Below are positions 41,682 to 55,133 of a stretch of DNA of 64,000 nt, piece by piece (position 1 is the first letter of the stretch; every line of letters starts with the position of its first letter). The DNA comes from Lama guanicoe (taxonomy: Eukaryota), in the NCBI GenBank assembly GCA_013239625.1, contig MU053083.1, positions 62,001 through 126,000 of the forward strand, in the 5' to 3' direction. The position numbers and the translations under genes are program-made. The notes beneath the pieces were generated by a model. The model was not told the origin of the DNA. It searched no databases and saw nothing but the letters and a program-made list of their open reading frames with translations.

Positions 41682-44304
41682 TGACAGGGCAGCATGCACA
41701 TGTCTGCAGGCGTGTCACAGTGATGTGAGCACTTCCTGAGGCTTTGATCCCCAGGTCTCCTAATCTAGCCTCCCTTTCTGGAGGCGAGGAAACTGAGCTC
41801 TCAGGCTCACAACTGGCCTGAGTCTGAGTCACGATAGAATCCGAAAGGCCAGACTCCCAGGCAGGGCTGCCTCCCGCCCACCGCGTAGGAGATCAGAAGG
41901 TGAAGGTATTTTAACAGGCCCCCAGGAGGAAACTCAATTTATTTCTGAGAGAAAAGGAAATGAAGCTGAATCTCTGAATGCCAAAACTGAAGTCAAGATT
42001 TAGTCATTTTAAATTATCTTGGGTGAAGATAAGAAATGAGATGAATAAGGGACAAGAGCACAGGTGATATTTAAAAATTTTTTTAAAAAAAGAAGGAATC
42101 AGGCCAGCTTGGTCCTGACAAGCGAGTGTGCATATCTTTCTGATCTTCATGAGCCGTCACTGTAATCAGCTCCCTTTTTATTCATCCAAATGGTTGTCAG
42201 GGATCCAGTCCCAAGTATAGGTTTTTCCCAGGGAATGCTTAATGCCCTGGGTTTGCCTTCCTTTGCAGCAATAATGATGACGATGATAAAATAAAAATCG
42301 CTTTTCTTATATCTTAAAATAATTCGGTTCCCTGCAAGCCCAGGGTATAATAGGAAACTAATAGCCTGAGAAACCGAGTTAAGCACAGAAAGGAGCCGCT
42401 GCCTCGGGGAGGGCAAGAGGGAGGACCTGGTTGGTTCCCCAGCGCCTGCCGCACCTGGCAATGACATTTGTGGGTTTGTCTCTCTTCCAATTCCATGAAT
42501 CCCAGCAGATCCACCTACTCCCACCCAATCATAGCCCCTCCCTCTACTGGTCCCAAGGTCAGAACTTTTTCAGTTGCTAACTTTCATAGTTTATAGTTCT
42601 TTTTTGATCTTTGCAACTCTGTCTTCCTTTGTTTTCGAATCTGGAGAAAAGCCAGTGTGGAGGGCCTGCTCTGAGAATAGCCACAGGGATGTGTACGGCA
42701 CTTGGCTTCCGAAAGCGCCTTCATTTCACACCCTGGGAACTAAGAGAAACCAGCATCATTATTACCATCTTATAAATGGCAGAACAAAAGTAAAGAGAGG
42801 GCTGGTCTGTGCCCCAGAAACAAGTGGCCGCAGACAGGCTGGGTGTTCAGAGAGGCCTTCTTCTCAGAGCTGCCACCAGGGTCTTCCCGGGAGAGACGGG
42901 CAAGTGGGCGGGGAGACAGCAGTTCCTGCTGCCCTGGGGCTGGCCTCGCCTCTGGCTTGCACTCAGGTCACATAGTGAGGTGGGCGGGAGTGACCAAGGC
43001 TCAGGTCTGGCTCCAGAAACAAGTTCCTTTGGCCACTGGCCATTTCTACCCAGGCCTTGCCAAGCCTGTGGAACTCCAGAGCAAGGAGTAGGGTGCATTC
43101 TTGGACCTTTCCTTGGGTCCTCGGAAACCTCCTTGCAGGCCCTGACCACCCAGCAGGTGCTGGGCAACAACAACAGGTCCTCGGCACAGAGAGCAGCTGT
43201 GCTGTTGCCACCTGGGCTTGGGCAGGTGGACCTGGGGTTGGCACTCATCCCCTAACAGGCCTGCGCGGGAGAGTGGAGACCTTGTCTAACCAGGAAGGGG
43301 TATGTGCAGCCGCCTTACGGTGGGCTTGGAGTTGATGCTTCATTTGGCCTTGAGCCCCGGCTGCTGCAGGGTGTCCTGCTGGGCCTGGCGGAGGAGGGGA
43401 GGCACTGATTCCGCTGCTCAGCTCCGCTCACAAGTGTGCCTGAGCTGCCCCTGGCTCGCAGCTCTCAGCTTTCTCCTCGGGGGTGATCATTCCCTATGTT
43501 TCCCCAAATCTCTTGGTCCTGAGCCATCAGCACAATTTCTGTCTGCTGGATTCCGTGGCACAACCACATTTATCCATGGAGAGTTCCCCCCAAGTGGCCA
43601 GGTCTGTGGTTTCAACATTCCCCTCTCATTCATGGTGTTGGGGTTTCCGCCTCCCATTTCTCTGAGATCCCGGAATCTCCTGGGCAGTTGGGTAGAAAGT
43701 CTGAGTGTGAAGCACAGAAATGAGAACATCCTCGGAGCACAAAGTGGTCTTTGTAGAAGTGGGAAGCCCACCACCTCCGAGCCGGCAGGAACCTTGCCTG
43801 CTTCTGTCCACAGGGCGGCAGGTCCTTACGCCGGGTGGAGGGACGGTGGCTGGGTCCTAGTTTTCACAGCGTCTGCAGAGGGAGAGGAATATTATCCCAG
43901 GCCTTTCCTGGGGCGTGACATTCACAGTTTGGGCTGTGTGACTATAGACCTGGAGGGAACCTCAGATAATTCAGCGGTGCACTTTCACTTTACATCTAAG
44001 AAACAGGCCTGGGGTGTGTAGGACAGGCCCTGGCCGGGAGCTTGTTAGCAGAGGGGAGCTGCCTTCAGGGCGGCCTGGCTCCCCAGCCGGTTCCCACAGG
44101 GCTCTGTCTTGCTGCCTCCTGCAGTCGGAGACTCTACTCGCTGCTTATTCATGTGTGTGCCTGTGGTCTCTTTGGAAACAAGGTTCAGCACAGTGGGACA
44201 TACACAGGACATATGTCAACACATACATGTTGATACTAAGTGACATCAAGGGCTTACATTTTAAAAAGTAAATTCCTGTGAGCTTGTTTGGGATTTTCCT
44301 TCTG

Positions 44305-44323
44305 AGACCACCAGGTGGCACTC
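44305..44323 (+). promoter_or_regulatory. CTCF-like motif
   Basis: CCACCAGGTGGCAC is a full match to CCASYAGRKGGCRS; motif only, no binding data. Confidence 0.6.
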
Positions 44324-44978
44324 CCTCCCCAGCCTCTGCCCTCAGTGGTGTCAGAGGAGAGGGAGGGACTTGTTCATCTGGAACAGAAGATGGGTCTGGA
44401 GCTGGATGGCTGGTTTTTAATTTACTCATGTGCCTGATTTTGTGAGTACTGTGTGGCGACTGGGCTACACAGTTCTCTACTTTTATCTTGGTGCATGATG
44501 CCTGGCATGTTACAGGATTAAGGATTCCGTGAGTACCTCCCTCTGAACTGGGATTAATGCTGATGTTCTCCCTGTATAGCTCAGCAACGCACGTGCGACC
44601 CCCCGGAGAGGGGATCTGCCTTCATGGGAGCTGTGGGAACACAGGGACCCTCAGAGGCCCGGCAGCCTGTCCTCAGGGTCTGAGGGGCCAGCCAATGTGA
44701 GTCAGGAACCAGCTTGAGAGCAAGGCCAGGAGACCACCTGGGGTCTAGCCCGGGTGTCGGTGTCAGGTGGGAAATCACCTCAGTGTCTCTCCATGGGTGG
44801 AAGCGAGCTAGCTGGAGGAAAGGATCCTCCAGGCCCCTTCAGCAAGGATGCGCCCACCTCTGGGTCCCACCCACAAATGACCACAGCTGTGCCTGGATTT
44901 GGTCCCAGTGAACCGCCGCCTGGGTCAGTGTGCTAGCTCAGTAGCCGCTTAAAAGCATGAGTTACATGTACATGTTAA

Positions 44979-45452
44979 TGTTGCAGAAAAACGTGTTACG
45001 GCTCAATGTTACAGCTGGGTGTTAACAGCTCAGTTGTGACAGCAATGTGGATCCAGGCGAGAGACCAAGCAGCACTCAGAGACTTGGAGAACTCAGGTTT
45101 ATTACACCAGTGGGCCCAGAGGAGTTAACACTCCAAGCTCTAGACTCCATCTGTAGGTTTACACAGGCTTTTATAGGCTGCGAGTTTACACTTTGCAACA
45201 TCATATCCAAATAAGGTATAACAAAAGTTGACTAATTAGGAACAAGCTTTGTAGAAGTGGACAAATCAGGAGGGAGAGAAATAACCAATCAGGAGTGAGC
45301 TCAGGGAATCAATAGAACTTTAGGGGTAAGCAAGCTGTTTCAGAGGCAAAAAATGAGATAGAGCCTCTGGGCCAGGGAACCAGATGGTGCTGGCAGAAAT
45401 AGTGGCCCTGCCTGGGGGTCCTGCCAGTCTTTTTATGGGGCTGCCCACCTCA
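44979..45452 (-). mobile_element. Solo ERV LTR (474 bp, ERV1-like 4-bp TSD)
   Basis: TG...CA termini; perfect TTAA TSD at 44975-44978 and 45453-45456; minus-strand TATAAAA (45169-45175) and AATAAA (45098-45103); short tgttacagct-like repeats in U5. Confidence 0.85.
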
Positions 45453-46821
45453 TTAATACTTGAGAAGGGGAAGGTGCTAAGCTATCAGCTCCCGCTCAAC
45501 ACAGCCAGGCCTGTTGGAGTTTCAAGGATGCATAGAACACATGGGCCAGCCGAGTGCTAAGCATGGCAGGGGCAGGAGAGGGGGTGGCAAAGTCTACAAG
45601 CAAAGGCCGTACCTGGGGAGGCCAGGCCTGGGTGAGGGCTACAGACGTTAGAGGGGCTGGCGCCCCGACTAGGAGAGGTCCCAGGATAAACTGGTTGGAG
45701 GTATCCCCCCCACCACCCAACTGGAGGGACAGCAGCGTGACAGTAGAGGGCTACCAGGGAGCAGAGGCCGTGGAGCGGCCCTATAAGCGTCCTCACTGCT
45801 GTCTTGCCCTCGTCCCCTCTTCAGACACTTGACGGTCAGGCATGCTGTGGGTGCAACCAGCTGTGCCCAAGAAGCAGCCCATGTGAGCCCCACAGGGGCT
45901 GGGGCCCTTCTCTGTGAGGCCAAGCTTGGGGGGCTGCAATGGGTAGCTACAGCCCAGCCTCACACACAGCCTCACAGGGGCACCCATTGGCTGACTGTCA
46001 CTAAAAATGCTCCTGGGGAGGAGTGTTTTCCCCCTGGAAAGGAGAGGGTTGCTGGTCCTGAGAGCAAGCAGTGTGGATGCAGCTCCTGCTTCTTGATTCC
46101 TGCCAGGAAAGCTGGGACCCAACCAGCAGGAGCAGAGGCCCCCTGGGAGCAGGGACGGAGGGGCCGAATCCTGGCAGGGACAGCAGGGCTCTGCCTGCCA
46201 CCCACCACCCAATCCTGCTGGTCTCCAAGGGCCTCGAGTGTGTGCCCGGGGCTGGTACGTGGCTGGGGAGCATGTGATGTGCGCCTCATCTCCAGGAGCC
46301 GCGCGGCTGGCATAGGGCACACACGGGGCCAATGGAGAGGACACAGAGCTCGCCAATGGAGGGCCTCTGGCCTCCTGCTTTCCCAGCTGAGTAAATAGGA
46401 GTACTGCACCCAAGTCCCAAGGTCGAGGGGAGAAAGTTCAGTTCTCGTCCTGCTGGCCACAAAGTTATTAGCTGTTTCTTTGTGCAAGACTCTGCAGTTG
46501 AGATGAGTTAATACTTTTTAACACCCTAAGGAAGTGACAGGAAGGAGACATGCATTAAAAAGCAGGCAAAATGCATAGTCTCCTGCTTTTGTCCTCATTG
46601 AGCTAGATGTCCCCAGAGATGCCGCGCCTGTGCCCTGCGCGCTCTGTACAGCTGGTACCTCCCCTCCCTGCCCTGCCTGCATCTCTCCCGACTCTCCCTT
46701 TCTTTTCTGGATTGCCCTAGTTGAGGGAAGGACGGAGACTGAGCGTGTGTTAATGCTTCTTTCTGGCCTGGTAGGGGTCAGTGAGCCCCGCGGGAGAGCA
46801 CAGGGCCTCACAGGACGGTGA

Positions 46822-47163
<342 letters not shown>

Positions 47164-49789
47164 TAATTGTTTTCCGGCTGGAGTGGGTGCAGGGGCACAG
47201 TCCCAGGGATGCTGTGGGTAGCCCCTTGCATTCGCCGTCTGTCACTTTGTGTCCAGGCTGTGCGGATCAGGTCAGCGGAGGCTGCTTGTTGGGGGCCAGG
47301 TGATAGCACTTGATGGCTCAGTGGAACCTTAGAAGCCACCTGGTCGGCTCACCGGCTCTGCAGGGAAGGAGCAGACCTGGGGGTTAATACAGCAGCAGGC
47401 ATACAGCTCTCTGGAACAAGGCGAACGTAATTCTGGGAGTCGCTGTGTCTGTGCTGCTCCCATGCTACGTACTCGCCCCGTCCTAACTGCAGGACCAGCC
47501 AAGAGCACCGGCTGCATTTGTGCTGCTGGTCACGCTCCAAGCACAGGCCTCCTCGCTGCCTGCCTCCAGCACGTGTGCTGCACCCTTGTCCCAGTGACAG
47601 CCTGGAGCGCACAGCAGCTGCCCAGCCCGGTGCCGAGTGGGCTGCAGCGTTGTCACGTGTGACCCTCCCTGCACGTTCAGGGGCGAAGACCTGGAGCTTG
47701 AGAGGAAAGTCCAGAATGTGAACCTAGTTCCATTTGATACCAGAGCCTGAATCCATAGCCCTTTGGCCTTCAGCCCCGGGTGAGCAGTTTAGCAGAGAGA
47801 TTAGACGTGCAGAGAATTAACACAACCTGATGGTCATGTTGCGTGTTTGTTGGCAGCGTGTGGCTTCTCAGAGCTGTGGCATAGCTTTGAGCTTTAGAGA
47901 CCCCCAACCACAGATGGGGCAGCGGTCTTCAGGCTCGTTTCCCAAAAGAGGAAACAGGCTCGGCGAGGCAGCGTGAGTACCGTGCCAGCCGCCCGGGAGC
48001 CCAGCGCCTCACGCACCGTCTCCCGAGTGCTGCCCGCTGATGACAGAGCGGAGGTCTCGTTACAGCGGCACAAGCCTCTCTTGGCCAAAGAAAGTTAAGG
48101 TCCACTGGTGCTCAGGGCAGCGTGTCTCTTGGCTCTGGGTTCAGATGTGCCCCACAGCCTGTGAACAGCGTGACCTTGGCTCCATTCTGTCACTGGTAGA
48201 ATGTGAATCAGGGTCGGGTCTGCCTCCTCGGGTCACTGTGAAGAAGGAGGTTAACACAGGCGGGCCACTTTGCACACACCTGCCGTGTAGTAAGCGCGGA
48301 GTATACATTAGCTGCTGCTTGTGTTTTAGTGGCTGTTTTTCAGTAAGATCAGACTCCCGTACCACCTAGAAGTTTTTTGGGGGAGGTGGGGAAGGAGGGA
48401 TTGGATGTGGTTTAATACATAAGCAAATGAGTGCATTAATAAAACAAAGAAGGCATAGCCCTGTACAGCAGGAGACTTGGCTTCCAGAACCATCTCTGCC
48501 ACTGGCGGTGGCCTCACACCTCTCCCTGTTTGAGTTTTCTCCCTGCAGAGTGAGGTGGCTAGCCTGAGCTTGGGCAGGGATTCTCGGACCTTGCCCAGAA
48601 CCCTGGGCTGTCACCCACCTCCAGTCTACACGGAGAACAAGATGCGAGCAGTAAACAGCACGAACCAGGAACTAATCCTTTGGGCAGAGTTCCACAGGCT
48701 CCTAGTCTCTCTCTCCATTTATGACTTACTCGTGATTACTTTTAGTGCGTTGCAGCCAAAACTGGGTGTTACCTAATATCCTGTGTCTTCTAAAAATCAT
48801 GATCTGATTACCAAATCATCTCCCACAATCCTCGCGTTATTGCTTTGCTTTGGTAACGCTGCCTGTGGTTTGTGGGTACAGCGGTGAGGCCTCCGTCATT
48901 TCTTCACTCTCTTGTGTAACTTGGCTGGGAAGCCCCCGGGAGCCAAGCGCTGCACTCAGAGCTGCTATGGGTCGCTTCCATCTGGGACGTGACAGTGTAG
49001 ACAGTCCCCTCTCTCTTTCTTCCTCCTCTCTTGTGGTGATGTCACCTCCCACAGGGACAGCAGAACTAGCAGACCTGCCAAGACATGGCGCTGCCGCGCC
49101 TCCCCCTCCAGAGGCCGGAGCAGCTGAGCTCCTACCTCTGCTGAGCTCTGGTCCCAGTCTTTACCTGCGCCCCAGGCAGAGGCTGGGGTGACCAACTGAG
49201 GGGACTTCAGATGAAAGTTTGCCCAAGTAGTTGAGTCCAAGAAGACAGCACCATGGCTGTATCACTAGTTAACTTCCTACAGCGGAGGCTGCTTACAAAC
49301 CTTCCTTAATTCCTTGCCTCCGTGTCTCCCAGAGGGGCTTCCAAAACTCCTCCCCAGCCTTCTCCGCTGCTTGTCATGACACCAGTTGATTTTAAACCTC
49401 CCCCCAGGTAATTTGTAATTGGTCTTAGTTTCTGTTCTGACTGGGGAAATTGTATACAGAGAGGAAGTGGGGGTAATAGTGGTAAGATAAAAAGAAAGCG
49501 GTTAATATTTTTGCCTGTCTGACACTTGCAGGGAATCTACTGTAGGGAAAATATGCAATTGACACAGTGGGTTCAGTCTGCAGAGCTTTGTCTTAGCAGA
49601 TTCTTGTGAGCTTTGGGCCAGATATGGCTGCTTTTATTGAAAAGATGCTGTAAGAAATTTCTTTCTGCTGGTATATTTTGGAGATCATCTCTCAATCCCA
49701 AATGAACAGGCAGTGCTTAAGAACAAAGAGCCATGGAGGGAAGGTGGTCAGGAAAGGCCCGAGGCTGGGGGTGCTGGCTTTGGCCTTGA

Positions 49790-50491
<702 letters not shown>

Positions 50492-52370
50492 TGAGGCTAC
50501 AGGATGCACGCCCGCCCAGTCCCGTGGCTGCGGCCTTGGCTCTCTTCCGCGTGGTCCTCTCTGCACACGTGTGCTCACCTTTAATTGGGTTACCCTGAGC
50601 TGCTTTACGTGGCAGCTGACCTCCAAGATGTAGTCCCGGAACTGGCCCAGGGTTGCCTCTGCCACACTCTGCTGACCAAGACAGATGTTGTGGCTGGCCA
50701 GGCTCTTCCTCTTGTTGGGAAGGGTAGAGGGAGGAACTGTTGGTGACCCATTCTTGCAGACAGTCACCAAAGAAGCCCTGGCAGATGCCAGAGAAATGGA
50801 AGACAGTCTCTGTCCTCAGAGAGTTAACAGGAGAAACAACACATGTAAAAAAAAAAAAAAAAGACGGTGTTTCTAAAACCACACTTCTACATGGGATGAA
50901 CAAGTATTACAGGAAAGAATTGCAGGGGAGGCTTGAGCTGAGGCAGGAGGCATGAAAGGGAGGTCAGCCATGCAGATGGGTAGAGAGGAGGATGGAAAAA
51001 GGGAGCGAGGACAGGAGTGACAGTGAGAGGAGGATGAGATGACACAGGGGGCTGGTGGCCTCCTGGAGCTGAGTGTCCCCGTGGGGAGCAGAAGAAAGTC
51101 CCCCAGGCCTGTCCAGAAGGTTCCCGCACAGCCGTCGCACAGAGGAGCGTGGCGCCCGGATGGCTGTTGCAGCAGTGCGGTCCTGACTCTGGTCTGGAGC
51201 AGCACCAGGTTCTGTGTTCACTGGGTTGTCCAAATCAGTCGCCTCTGAGCATCATTTCTTCACTTGCAAGAGTAAGAACCCAAGTGAGGATTCCTTGCAG
51301 TTGGATGTGGAGAGGGCCGCGTGAGCACAGGTAGAGGTGGGTGGCATGCAGTGAAGCCGCTGGGGCCGGGAGGCGGCCCAGGGAGCCACAGGGACATCCA
51401 CACACTATGGCACAGCTCGGGAAAGATGCCTGAGGATGAGCTGAGGGTGGGTAGAGCTGAGGCTTCACAGGAGACCTGATGAACCCAGAAGAACCCCGGC
51501 TAAGGTTTCTCGAGGTGCCTGGGTCTTTTCCACTCACTGACTCCAGCTGCGGGTATGACGGTCGGTCTCTGGTCTGGGTTTGACTCTGCTGCACCTCCTG
51601 TCATTTGAGCTAAATTTTTAGATACCTCTCAATTTGAGAACTTAAGTTTATTTTCTTTTTTTATTAAGATAAATGAAGTCCTTGATGATGTTAATAACTA
51701 GGTTTGCAGTTTGCAGTGGGAACAAACTTTCATCCGTAGGCCAAGCTTAAAAATTGCCACCCCGATGTCTTCTGAGGTCCCACAGTGGCATGTTGCTTCT
51801 GTCTTCTGTATCACCCCTGGTCGCAGAGTCTGTAACGGTGGTGGAGCGCCCTGCTTCCCCAGCCACAGAGGCCCACTGCCCAGCTGGAACAGCATGACAT
51901 TAGTACTGTTCCAGGTCCCAGTGGCGATGGTTGCTAGGGATTAGGTTGCCACAGAGGGGCCCCAGCGAGGGCCGGTTTTACTTCTGGGCCTCGGGGAGCC
52001 TCCCTGGCCTGCGGGCTTTTGCAGCTGACACCTCCCCGCTGCACTCTCGTGCCCTCACCTGCCTTTCCTTCCCAGGGCACCGCCCATCCACCTGGGGATG
52101 CCCAGGCTGAGTCTCCTGGGGGTCATCATGGCAACCGAGGAGCCTTGGCCTAGAGAGCTGTGTGTTTGGCAGAGCACCAGGCAGCCGGAGCCGGGAGAAG
52201 TCTGCCGTCCTGACTGGGAGAGCACTCTGACCCATCTCCCGCTTTGTGGGTCCAGACTGGGGAGCAGCAAGTTGTGGGGGGCCGGCCGCCTCGATGGCTG
52301 CCCGAATTCTAGCTCCTGCCCACTAGGGCAGGATTAGATCTGTTCTCACACTGCTTCCTTGTGCTTTTAG

Positions 52371-52472
<102 letters not shown>

Positions 52473-53304
52473 TGAGTGGGTGTGTGTGAGGCGCAGGTGT
52501 GCTCAGCCTCGCCCCTGGGAGGGGACCCCCTGCCCCCCACCCCGACCCTTCCCCAACCTCCTGCCGCCCCTGCCCAGTGCAGTCACGTGACAGAGTCACA
52601 CAGACCCCAGGAGCCCGAACAGTCTCCGTCTGCCGGAATCTGGACTACGGACACCTGAACTCAGCGGGTGTCTGGGTGCTGACTGAGCTCTGCAGGGGCA
52701 GCCAAGACGGTGGCCCTGTGGTCCTGCCCTCAAAGGGCTTAAAACTAGAAGACAAAACTTTCCTGAATGAGAGAATGCTCTGTAACACAAAGCCCCAAAC
52801 TGCGGGGCCTCGCTCCATCCTGTGGGAGTCAGGAAGGAGAGAGGTCAGTTCTGGGATTAAACTTCCTAATTGGAATCTGGGCCAGAGAAGTCAGGCAGAG
52901 ATTTAAATCGCTCTTCCAGGAACAGCTAGAATGATTTCCTCCGACGCCCTGCTGCAGAGCTGATCATGTCACTTCCCACCCCTCTTTGCACATTGTCAGG
53001 AGCCCTCTCTTGGTCCCCTCACGACCGTGATGCCCCCGACCCCTAACCCTTCCACCTCAGCTCAGAAGCTGTGTCCGCAGGGCTCAAGTCCCTTCATTCA
53101 CTGTCCTAACACCACATGCCTACCAGTCACAGTCCCCATCACAGTTATCATGTATTTGTTTAATCACCTGCTTGTGTCCCCCTGCTGCTCTAGACAAGGC
53201 TCTGGGAGGGCAGAGCTTGGGCCATGCTCTCCGTATCCCACATGCCCCTCTCCTCTTTGGAATCCTCTTTTCTGTTCCTAGAGTTCTCATTCTCCTGGTC
53301 ACTC

Positions 53305-53430
53305 AGGCTTTTTCTTCTCCCCTCTCCCTATCCCTTGCCTCCCTCCTTCCCCCCCAACCCCATCCCCTTCCTCCCTCTCTCCTAACCTCTTCTCCCTTCC
53401 CTCCTCCCCCACACCCCTCTTCCCTTCCTC
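53305..53430. repeat. Polypyrimidine (C/T-rich) low-complexity tract
   Basis: ttttcttctcccctctccctatcccttgcctccctccttcccccc...cccttcctc: almost purely C/T over ~125 nt. Confidence 0.8.
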
Positions 53431-53715
53431 ACAGCTGGGTGGGGAAAAGCAGCTGCCCAAGAGCATGGCTGTACAGCCATCCTGTCCTTACCTCACATCC
53501 TTCCCAAGTTTCCTCTGGTCCAAACTTGCCTGTTACCATTTTGGGTGTTTCCCCAGCTCCAGTCTGGAGTGGACCCTAGTGCCTGCCGCTAAGCTCCTCT
53601 TGTCACACTTGGAGTATGGCCCAGGCTGCAGGGACAGACTGTGTAAAGAGTGTGGGAGCCCAGAGAACCCACGATCCCTGGGTCCCCAGACCAGGCCCAA
53701 ACCCCACCCACCTGA

Positions 53716-54336
<621 letters not shown>

Positions 54337-54981
54337 TAAAATGGGACGAGGATACCGCCCCACCCACCCCTCACAGGAAACGGTGCTGTGTTAAAGCCGC
54401 ACCACCCTTCTCAAATGTGAGGAATTTGAAGAGGTGGTAGCTTTTGCGGGGGTAAAGCTCAAATAAAAGGTAAATGTTATGTTAGAGAGATTTAAGTTTG
54501 CTGAGGTCCCACTCTGCTGAGTTTTGTGCCGAGGGCCACAGGAAGAATGGAGTGTGACTTCAGCCTCACAAAGGTTTTGCTTCAGCTCTCTGTTTTGGGT
54601 ATTTTCAGTAGTTGAGTATTTTGTTCTTTTTGTAAAGGTAGATTTCCCCCACAATTGTCTGGCAACGAAATGCAGTGTAAGTTCATCTCAAATATCCTTA
54701 AACAACATGCATCTTGTTCAAATGCCGCTAGGAATGAAGCTTTAATCTCTGATGAATGAAACTCAAAGTTCACAGCATCAGAGTGAAAGGGAACAACAGG
54801 GAGTGGAGACTGCTCCTGCCAGCAGGCAGGTGGCTCTTTCCCGAGGTCATTGCTCTGGCGCCCCAGGCAAGCTCACCTGCTAAGCTGCCTGCACACGGCC
54901 TCTCCGCACGAACGCTGGGACTTCACTGCATGGCTTAGGTGCCTGGCTACAAATCTAACTCTTGCTGTTTGTTGCTCTTAG

Positions 54982-55133
54982 ACCTGAAGCCGCAGACACT
55001 GGCGGGCACGGTGCCCTGCCTCCCTGCCTACATCCTCTACATGTGCATCAGGTACGCAGACTACGTGAACGACGACCTCAAGGTGCACTCCCTGCTGACC
55101 TCCACCATCAACGGCATCAAGAGAGTCCTCAAG
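54982..55133 (+). CDS. MYO5B: MYO5B exon ~34, 152 nt
   Basis: gttgctcttag|AC CTG ... CTC AAG|gtcagt; [50 protein letters not shown]. Confidence 0.96.

Noticed and set aside
42274..42369. Possible C/D-box snoRNA (ATGATGA ... CTGA)
   Set aside because: No terminal stem flanking the two boxes and no recognisable guide; the C box lies in a GAT/GAC-repeat-like stretch.
43302..44021. Longest non-exonic ORF (239 aa)
   Set aside because: No recognisable domain, composition typical of chance ORFs in GC-rich intron, and the MYO5B frame is complete without it.
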